Source: Trichomonas gallinae
Lineage: Eukaryota
DNA length: 45,199 bases
NCBI GenBank assembly: GCA_008369845.1
Contig: MRSU01001666.1
Coordinates: forward strand, 1 to 45,199
Direction: 5' to 3'
This document shows positions 18,392-26,312 of this stretch, piece by piece. Positions within the stretch are counted from its first letter, which is position 1, and each line of letters starts with the position of its first letter. The notes beneath the pieces were generated by a model. The model saw nothing but the letters and a program-made list of their open reading frames with translations, was not told where the DNA came from and did not search any database. The position numbers and the translations under genes are program-made.

Positions 18392-20905
18392 CTAATTGTA
18401 ATCACGTGGATTTGGCCTGTCAACGTTCGCCATCTTAGGTGTTCGCGCAAATCTGTTTGTATCTAAAGTGACAAGAAGAGGATTGCCAGTTCTTTGTCTA
18501 TTCGGCGTTGAACTATGTATATTTTGCGGAGACAGGATCTTCTTCTTGCCAGGATTTTGTTTTGGCTTTGGACGGATATTAACGGATATGTTTTCTATCT
18601 GTGCTGTCATTTCATTCATCCTCTGTTCTATTTCTGACATTTTAACTGAAAACATTTCACTAAACCTATTCGCCCTTTCTTCAAACTCGCTTTCATTCAT
18701 TGATGCTGACTCAGAGTCGATTATTGTTGACAATCTTAGCAAACCTTTATAGTCACCGCTTACTATATCTTTCGATATTAATTCTGACTCCTCCCTTAAA
18801 TGTTCACTAAGTTTTTTGCTTTGGCATAAACTATTCAAGAAGCTAACAACATTGTGAACAAGCGTTGAGTCTGCATTCCCTGATGTTGCTGCTAATTGTG
18901 TTCTCAAGAAGTTCCTCTCTTTTTCTAGCATTTTGATTATAGCATCTTGCTGAGATATTCGCGATTCCAATCTTCTTGGATGCATCTGTGATTCTTCTTT
19001 TTCGTCATTCAAAACTGACATCTTCTGTTTTAGATTTGAGTTTTCTTGCTCTGCTTTCTTGAGAATAGATATTGCAACAATAGCATCAGCTGAATTGCTG
19101 ACGTTTAAGATCTTGTTTATGCACGATAAACTTGTTTGCATCGATTGTAAATCTCTTATTTCTTTTTCTTTTTTAGCCAAATCATTCAACGAATCCCTGA
19201 GTTTATCTCTTGTTTCGGAGTGTTCCTGGGCTTCTGCCTTTAACAATGCTTTGGCTTGGTCGAGGGAGTTGCTGAGCTTTATGATTTGTTCGTTCAATTC
19301 GCGAGCCAAGTCAAGATCAGCACTCTTTATTGAACTCGATAATGTTGCCAACTCTCTTTGATGTCTTTCTCTTGTTTCAGACAATGATTGCGACAATGAT
19401 GCGTTTTCTGTCCTGAGTGCACTGTTTTTAGCTTCGAGTTCATCAATTTTCGTTTCAAGTTCGAAAACTTTTCTTTTTTCTTTCGTCAAATCTGTTGTTG
19501 CTGAAATCATTGAAATTGTTGCTTTTGTAACATCAATGTCTGCCTTGGCTTTCGCACGCTCATCAGCTTCTTGTAGACTCTGTGATTGTACTTTGCTGTT
19601 TTCTTCGAGATTTAATATCTCAGATGTCATCGAAACAATTCTATCATCAAGCTTGTTTTTCTGTTCAATAGTTGTGGTTAATTGGCTTTTTAGAGTTTCG
19701 TTTTCGCTGAGTTTCTCGTTGATAAACTTGCTTAAACGCTCATTTTCTGCATTGCTGTCAGCCAATTCTATCAGTGTTGAGTTCAGTTTTTGCTTCAGTT
19801 TCTCGAGTTCGTCGCTGAATAATCTTGACTGTGTATCTATCTGTGTTTGCAATTTTTTGACGTCATCACTGTGTAGCTTCTTTTCTTTGTCGAGTTCTGC
19901 ACTCTGTGTTTTCGTTTCTGCTAGTTCTAATTCACGTAAAAGGTCTTTTTTGTCATCTGTTAATGATTTGATTGTTAAATCTTTGTCAACTATTTCTTTT
20001 CTCAAGTGCTGGAGCTCCTCTGTGATACTTGTTGCTGACACTGTTGCTCTGTGTTGTTTTTCGTAAGCTTCTTCTGCTTTAAGCTCAACAATATTTAATT
20101 GTTCTTTGTATTTGTCTATTTGGCCTTGTAATATTGCTATTTGCTGCTCTTTTGAGTATATAACTGATTTATGTTGTTTTAGTTCTTGTTTGTAATCGTT
20201 TTCAACTTCTTTCACGCGATTTTCGATTTGTTTGTCGATTGATTCTTGAGAGTTTTGTGATAATGTTAGCTCTTGTGAGTATAACTTTGTGCGCGTTTCT
20301 TCAAGTGAACTTTTGAATTTACTAGAAACTTTTTCAGATACTTTTAATTTTTCTTCTAATTCAGTAATTGAATGATCTTTTTCAACCAATGATGATCTAA
20401 GAGAATCAATGGTTGTATTTTTATTGTTCAATGTTTGCTGTAAGCTTGTGATTTGATTCGATTTTTCTTGTAATTCATTTTGCAGTGAATGCATATGTTT
20501 TGTAAGTTCAACTAGCTCCTTTTGTCGAGTATTTGCTTCATCTCCTTTCTTTTTGAACTCATTATTAATTTGAGATAATTTTTGAGTGCGATCTTGTAGA
20601 TTTTTCTGTGCTGTAGAAATTTCTAGTTCAAGCTGAGTGTTTTTATCGGCAATATCTCTGTATAAGTCTAACATTTCAGAATTGAATAATCCGGAAATTG
20701 TCGCTAATTCGGTTTTAAGCTGCTTGCATTCTTCCTGACTCTGAATAAGCTGATTTCTTAAGCTTTCAGAGTCTTTTCCTTGGTTTTGTTCGTTAATCGA
20801 TGTCACTACTAAAAATCTGACATGTAAGTTGCCGTTTAAAAATTCCTCCAATAAATTTTTGTTCAAAAGAATCAACTTGTTACTATAACATATAGAATGC
20901 GACAT
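18392..20905 (-). CDS. Long coiled-coil protein (start codon uncertain: 20905, 20823 with an indel, GTG 20806, or 20674)
   Basis: More than 750 codons of heptad-like E/K/L/S-rich sequence with a basic Pro-rich tail. The first ~33 codons look like AT-rich intergenic DNA and contain the recurrent flanking motif. Confidence 0.85.
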   Translation of the reverse strand: MSHSICYSNKLILLNKNLLEEFLNGNLHVRFLVVTSINEQNQGKDSESLRNQLIQSQEECKQLKTELATISGLFNSEMLDLYRDIADKNTQLELEISTAQKNLQDRTQKLSQINNEFKKKGDEANTRQKELVELTKHMHSLQNELQEKSNQITSLQQTLNNKNTTIDSLRSSLVEKDHSITELEEKLKVSEKVSSKFKSSLEETRTKLYSQELTLSQNSQESIDKQIENRVKEVENDYKQELKQHKSVIYSKEQQIAILQGQIDKYKEQLNIVELKAEEAYEKQHRATVSATSITEELQHLRKEIVDKDLTIKSLTDDKKDLLRELELAETKTQSAELDKEKKLHSDDVKKLQTQIDTQSRLFSDELEKLKQKLNSTLIELADSNAENERLSKFINEKLSENETLKSQLTTTIEQKNKLDDRIVSMTSEILNLEENSKVQSQSLQEADERAKAKADIDVTKATISMISATTDLTKEKRKVFELETKIDELEAKNSALRTENASLSQSLSETRERHQRELATLSSSIKSADLDLARELNEQIIKLSNSLDQAKALLKAEAQEHSETRDKLRDSLNDLAKKEKEIRDLQSMQTSLSCINKILNVSNSADAIVAISILKKAEQENSNLKQKMSVLNDEKEESQMHPRRLESRISQQDAIIKMLEKERNFLRTQLAATSGNADSTLVHNVVSFLNSLCQSKKLSEHLREESELISKDIVSGDYKGLLRLSTIIDSESASMNESEFEERANRFSEMFSVKMSEIEQRMNEMTAQIENISVNIRPKPKQNPGKKKILSPQNIHSSTPNRQRTGNPLLVTLDTNRFARTPKMANVDRPNPRDYN

Positions 20906-21464
20906 GCTATATGATGTGTGGTTTGACTGTTTAAGGATTTTTTTAACATATTGATTTGAAGAACAAATTAAATTGAGGTAATATGAATCGATACCATAAT
21001 ATACATTATATCTTCCAGTAGTGTGTCATTTTTTCCGACTTAGTTTAGTATATAACACATGAATATAATGAATATATTTGGTTTTTATGATAACATATAA
21101 TTTTGATGATGTAAATAAATATACATAGTATATGTTGTTGTTAATCTATATTTAGAACGTTAATAGATCAATTCATAAAAAATTAATTAATCATTCTCTG
21201 ATTCACTCACATTTGGAACCTGGAAATGATAGATATTTATATTCTCACTCAAATAATGAGTCAGCACATATCTAATAATATTGGTGAGATTCAAAATCTT
21301 TAACTAAAGCTTAATTACATAGCAGGTCCATAAAGATGTTTCCCTGATGAGACATGTTTGTTTTGAAAGATTGAAGTTGAATAGATTATGCTGATGTGAA
21401 TGAGGCATAAAAAGTGACAAAATTTATGTCTAAAATATTTGTCACTTTTCATCAATAGATTTGC

Positions 21465-21809
21465 ATGGATTTCTCTGGATTTCAGACTGCTTTTCAGAAA
21501 ATGAACGACCAAAAGCAGGAAGAAGCTATGAAAGCTGCAAATAAGCCAATTGGTGCTGGTGCTCCTATCAATTTGAACACCGCACAAAATCTTGCTGAGA
21601 GAAACAGACAAAAGAAGTTAGAAAACATGTCTAGAAAAGCTAAGGAGCGCAAGCAGAAGGGTATTGAGCGTGGTACTGCTTATTTGGACCACTTGAAAAT
21701 GGTTCAGAGTACAAAACTTAAAGATCTTCGTGGCAAACCAAGATTTAAGCCAGAAAAGGATAACAAGAAGAAGAATAAGTACTTAAAGCAAGAAGAACAA
21801 AAGAAATAG
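21465..21809 (+). CDS. Small basic Lys-rich protein, weak resemblance to Alb1/Ecm1-type ribosome-biogenesis factors
   Basis: 114-aa ORF with coding-like codons and TCACTT initiator-like motif at 21442. SRKAKERKQKGIERGTAYLDHLK recalls the Alb1/Ecm1 conserved helix (from memory, unverified). Confidence 0.7.
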   Translation: MDFSGFQTAFQKMNDQKQEEAMKAANKPIGAGAPINLNTAQNLAERNRQKKLENMSRKAKERKQKGIERGTAYLDHLKMVQSTKLKDLRGKPRFKPEKDNKKKNKYLKQEEQKK

Positions 21810-22187
21810 AGATAATAAAATAATTTTTGTGTTATACCTTTTGTTATACCTAAATTATTCTATTTACAACATTACAAGTATATATATCTAATTACAGCTA
21901 AATTAATTATAATATATTCGATATCTAAGCAAAAATCGAAACATAGGGAGTTGTTATATAAACATAAATAGACTCTCATATAATACTCTTTAATCATATG
22001 AATGCTCAGCTTATTTATTTTAATATATCAAATTAATTGAATATTGTAATAGCATTCAGTGGATTAACTATCATTATATACAAAACTTAAAACGTTTACA
22101 GTCCTATAAGTAAATTTATTGGATGCTGATTCAATGAGAAAAATATGAAGGGTGTGAAAAATATTAAAAGGGGAGGATACAAAAATA

Positions 22188-22529
22188 ATGGAAACAATTT
22201 TTGTTCCATATCAGAAAAAAGTAAAGGTCACAGTTCCAGAAGCTGCAGAATCTTCTCTATCTATCAATGGTGTTAGTATATCATGCGAGAATGACATCCC
22301 AGCTAAAGGCCGTGTTGTCCTTTATCTTCAATCAGTCGAAAATGATAAAGTTGGCAAAGAAATAGCTATTGCTCCACTTACAATAGGTAAAGTCGAATCT
22401 CGTAAATTAGAATTCCTCTTCTATCCAGGAAATCAATTCATATTATCTACAAAAGGTGATAATATTGATGTTACTGTCCATGCATACATGCAAGAATTCG
22501 AACACCCAGTTATAGAAACTCTCGAATAA
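22188..22529 (+). CDS. Small beta-rich protein, possible stand-alone nucleoplasmin-like (NPL) domain
   Basis: 113-aa ORF whose stop forms TAAA. The strand pattern LSINGVSI...GRVVLYL...EIAIAPLTIGKVESRKLEFLF...FILSTKG...VTVHAY resembles NPL domains of FKBP39/HD2-type proteins. Confidence 0.65.
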   Translation: METIFVPYQKKVKVTVPEAAESSLSINGVSISCENDIPAKGRVVLYLQSVENDKVGKEIAIAPLTIGKVESRKLEFLFYPGNQFILSTKGDNIDVTVHAYMQEFEHPVIETLE

Positions 22530-22695
22530 AGATAAAAATTGTGAAATATATAAATTTGACAAATAAATCATTTATTTGACTAGTAATTTTTGAAATAACA
22601 TGAATTGACATGTAAAGATTTGAATTTTTGAGATAATATGACACGTAAATTTTTAAAATATACGAAAATAAATATTATATATAACAACATATAGC

Positions 22696-24579
22696 TTATC
22701 TATTTAAGTTCCTCTTGAAGATATTGATATCTCCAAATGTCTTTTCTAATGTCCAATTGCCAACACCATCATCTATATACCATGGCTGGTTCAATCCACC
22801 AACATTGATTGCGTATTCAACTTTAGGAGCAACATCAACACTAGACAATGATTTCATGAGTTGCCTTGACTCTTGTCTTGCACCTTGATCAACGAAACCA
22901 GCGACGAAAGTAAGTCTTTCGTTAGATGACATCAAAACTTTTCCAGCTAAAACAGAAACAATGTTGAAATCTTGTGTCTCACAAACGAAAAGCGCTTTTT
23001 TCGGTGTATTCTCAGCAATCCATTGAGCAGCTTGTTCATCACCAGTCTTCCAATATTCACTGAACTTATTGAATTGCCTCTTGTATCCCATAACACCAGA
23101 AGCGATTGCAGCAACGAAAACAAAAGCAAAAATGCCCATCAAGAATCCTTGCATTTCTTCTTCACGAGGAAGACTTGACAGCCATTGTAGCGCGCCAATG
23201 AAATTGATAGCGAATAAAGTGATGCAATACGGGAAGAAAAAGAAAATGTTCATTCTGTTGTATGTTGCAAATCTGACATAGTTGCCAACAAAGAAAACTA
23301 TCATAGACGCGTAAAAAGCATTCGAGCAAACTCCGCTGTTGAAGAAATAGCCGAATAAAACTGGAAATGCGACAGTGAAGCCGAGCGCTGACAGCCAGGT
23401 AACGATGGCAGGGAATGAGCAGCTTGTTCCGTAGAGATTTTGTGAGAAAGAAGCAAATCTGAATATAGCTGTATTTGTGGATCTTGGGAAGTATTGCAAA
23501 ATTTGTAATGATGTTGATGCTGCATGAGCTAAACCGAAAAATGTTAATGATATCGTGAGTTCTTTCGTTCCTTTCTTATCTTTTGGTAAATTAAATAAAA
23601 TCATCAAACCAATGAAAAGAGCACTGGCGATGTAAGCTTGTGTTTCTATACCTGGGAGGAAACCTATTAGAAGTCCAATTAAAGTAAGCTCTTTTCTGAA
23701 AAGCTTTTTCTTGTAAATCGAAAGCATAAGATATGTTATTGCCATAGAAATAGATATTGCGAGCTGTGAGTGTCTGTATGCTAGTATGTAATGAAGAATA
23801 TGGTGAGACCATTCTGTTGTTCCTGCGCCGTAATTAAAAACAAAATCGAGGCTCGAATTTTTACGGTGTTCGCGTATTGTCCAATAGTAAAAACCGAATC
23901 CACCTGCGAAAAATATTACAACTAATGATAGTAAAGAGCAAGTCTTTGACTGTGTGAATTTCATTCCAACATTCAAGAATGAATAGCAAAATGAGAACAT
24001 GTAGAGTATAGATGGAGCGACTAAAGCCATTTTAGTAGAAGCCCATCCGATTTTGAGCATCGCAGAATGACATGCAGTCAACCATTTCGATCTAGCAACG
24101 CATTTGTAGCAGAACGGATGTCGTATCTTAAATATGTTAACTAAACCACTGTTGACACCGTGGTAAAATGAGTTCAGTAGTGCTAATTCTTCTTGAATAT
24201 CAGAACCTCCAGCTTCAAGGAACTTACGAGGGTAAAATCTGTAGCCGAAGAATATTAGAGAAATAGACGTTAATAACGAAATGCCGCCGAAAATGGCCTC
24301 TTCTAGTGATATTCTTGGTAATCGGAAATTCTTTTTGATAATTTTGCGCATTAATATGATATAAGTAACAGCTGATATTCCACCTATATGTATATACAAG
24401 TGGAAGCTGTTGAATCCCAGAATCATTGCACATCCAAAGAAAATCATTGTGGATGCACTAATTCCGACCGGAATAGATATTGCAAAAATAGTTAGAAAGT
24501 CGTATTTGTTATTAATTAATAGACTGCTGACTTCAAACCCGAAAAATACTTCCGCGACTAAAGTCGCAATCCAAAACAT
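22696..24579 (-). CDS. Multi-pass membrane protein, probable GT-C-fold glycosyltransferase-like (about 627 aa from MFWIATL)
   Basis: Many TM segments, a conserved-looking loop (SDIQEELALLNSFYHG) and a soluble C-terminal domain (GDEQAAQWIAENTPKKALF...VLAGK). Start placed at ATG 24579 because the longer ORF overlaps CK2-beta and its upstream part is AT-rich intergenic-like. Confidence 0.75.
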   Translation of the reverse strand: MFWIATLVAEVFFGFEVSSLLINNKYDFLTIFAISIPVGISASTMIFFGCAMILGFNSFHLYIHIGGISAVTYIILMRKIIKKNFRLPRISLEEAIFGGISLLTSISLIFFGYRFYPRKFLEAGGSDIQEELALLNSFYHGVNSGLVNIFKIRHPFCYKCVARSKWLTACHSAMLKIGWASTKMALVAPSILYMFSFCYSFLNVGMKFTQSKTCSLLSLVVIFFAGGFGFYYWTIREHRKNSSLDFVFNYGAGTTEWSHHILHYILAYRHSQLAISISMAITYLMLSIYKKKLFRKELTLIGLLIGFLPGIETQAYIASALFIGLMILFNLPKDKKGTKELTISLTFFGLAHAASTSLQILQYFPRSTNTAIFRFASFSQNLYGTSCSFPAIVTWLSALGFTVAFPVLFGYFFNSGVCSNAFYASMIVFFVGNYVRFATYNRMNIFFFFPYCITLFAINFIGALQWLSSLPREEEMQGFLMGIFAFVFVAAIASGVMGYKRQFNKFSEYWKTGDEQAAQWIAENTPKKALFVCETQDFNIVSVLAGKVLMSSNERLTFVAGFVDQGARQESRQLMKSLSSVDVAPKVEYAINVGGLNQPWYIDDGVGNWTLEKTFGDINIFKRNLNR

Positions 24580-24730
24580 TAAATTTCTGACATGTAAAAT
24601 ATAAATTTGATATGTAAATTTATAGAATTCGATATGATTCAGCAATAAACAAAGGAAATTAGTAAATGGGTTGATTTCATGTGAGGTTTTTAACAGTAAT
24701 TCTAGTTTAGGATAACAAAAATAAATACAT

Positions 24731-25462
24731 TTAATCATCATCATCTCCAGCGGCTTCTAGTATATCAATTTCCTGGATGTTTGAAAGATGTGGTAATGGT
24801 TTAGCCTTTGGCGATCTACGGATTGCAAATCCGAAGACTTTTTGCTCAAATGGCTTGAAACTCGTTGTTTTATCGCATTTTGTATATTCACTTAAGAACA
24901 TGTGTGGGAAGGCGGGTCCAAAATAAGCGCCATCTATAACAGGATACATAGGTGCTTTGTAAATATCTCTACAACATGGACAGAATAACTTAACAGAGTG
25001 TCTGCGCAAACTGAATGTTGTGCCCATTGGTAAGAGAGGTGTATCCTCGCACCCAACACGCGGGCATTTACCGAAAATCGCTTGATCATATTTTTGTTTC
25101 ATAAGTTCCATACCTTTTGGTTGTGAAATATATCTAGCGTGGAGCAAGCCGTAAATGCGAAGAGCCTGCTGATTAATCGCTATTGCATCTTCATCGTTGT
25201 AAGATGCCCACTCTTTTCCTTTATTGTCTGTTATTAACTCAATTGCGTCATCGAAATCTTCGAAATTTTCTTTGATACCGTATTGGTTGAACCAATCGGC
25301 CGCCCAGGCTGGATCGATTTCAACAAACCAATTATTTACTGCTTGGCTGCAAAATTGCTTGATCCACGGCTTAATATATGGAGGACACGACTTCTGTGGG
25401 CCGAGGAAGATCGTGAATCCGTCAACTTGTACGGTTCGTGGTGTTCTTCGACTCGAGCTCAT
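24731..25462 (-). CDS. CKB: Casein kinase II regulatory (beta) subunit
   Basis: PWIKQFC...WFVEID...DWFNQYGI, IYGLLHARYI, zinc finger FGKCPRVGC...VKLFCPCC, IDGAYFGPAFPHMF. Confidence 0.95.
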   Translation of the reverse strand: MSSSRRTPRTVQVDGFTIFLGPQKSCPPYIKPWIKQFCSQAVNNWFVEIDPAWAADWFNQYGIKENFEDFDDAIELITDNKGKEWASYNDEDAIAINQQALRIYGLLHARYISQPKGMELMKQKYDQAIFGKCPRVGCEDTPLLPMGTTFSLRRHSVKLFCPCCRDIYKAPMYPVIDGAYFGPAFPHMFLSEYTKCDKTTSFKPFEQKVFGFAIRRSPKAKPLPHLSNIQEIDILEAAGDDDD

Positions 25463-25485
25463 AAATTTAACGGAATCAATTGATA

Positions 25486-25689
25486 TTTACATGTCAAAAT
25501 TAAATATTTCATATATTTACATGGTAAATTGGATTTACATGACAATTATTTCTTTACATGCCAAAAAATATATTTACATTACAAAAGTTGATTTTTCATA
25601 TATTTACATGGCAAATTATTTTTACAGGCAAATTATTTTTACAGGCAAATTATATGTTTACGTGCCAAAAAAAAATTATTTACATGACA
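25486..25689 (+). repeat. Tandem array of 10 TTTACATGNCA-type motifs upstream of CK2-beta
   Basis: Copies start at 25486, 25516, 25534, 25553, 25573, 25603, 25621, 25638, 25657 and 25679, all in the same orientation. Confidence 0.9.
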
Positions 25690-26312
25690 AAGACATGAAC
25701 TTCGTGAATATAACAGAGTCACATAACATTGGTTGTGGTCTAATCTCAATTTGATAATCGGTGGTTTCATCGACATAGTTTATCTAGTGTTTACATCTAT
25801 AGTTGCAGAGCCTAAGCAAAAGGAAATCGATTAAAATATAGCATGTTTAATAAGATGTCAAATTTCCTCTTTTCATGTCAAAACCTTAAAAGTGAATACG
25901 CACATTGAATTCCATTACATAACGGTTTATTTTCTTTTCCACTTATTACAATCATTTTGGAATGGATCGTTGAACCCTAGTCATGACAATAAGCTATACT
26001 CTAAGTCAAAATCACTCCATTCTCCATTACAACAATGTTCCCAGGCCACATCAAAAAAAATAGATAAATATAATAGCTATATAACACTCATTTAGAATTC
26101 GCTGTTTTTAGTACTACGATAAAACGTAAATGGCAAAACATTAATGGTCCTCATAGATACTTTTTGTAAACTATTCAAACTGAAGCCCCATCAAAAAATC
26201 CAATAATTATGACAAGCCGAAATTTTGATGTATTTGTATGTGTTATTAGTTATAGACCCTAAATATGCAATAAAAGTATAATTGAAAACAACAAGAAAAA
26301 AAATCAAAAAAA

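Noticed and set aside
21344..21394. CTGATGA...GAAA hammerhead-like core, or C/D-box snoRNA (TGATGA...CTGA)
   Set aside because: Stem II is out of register and stems I and III cannot form; the C-to-D distance of about 50 nt is short and there is no terminal stem.
24580..24744. N-terminal 55 codons of the 682-aa ORF (and the first 49 codons of the 334-aa kinase ORF)
   Set aside because: AT-rich, overlapping a neighbouring gene end or promoter motifs; downstream ATGs fit the short-leader pattern better.
25486..25689. CRISPR-like reading of the motif array
   Set aside because: Repeats are only about 11 nt and degenerate, spacers are 6-19 nt A/T tracts related to each other, there are no cas genes, and the context is eukaryotic.
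25224..25754. 176-aa plus-strand ORF
   Set aside because: Antisense to CK2-beta and running through the repeat array (IYM repeats); a by-product of the repeat.
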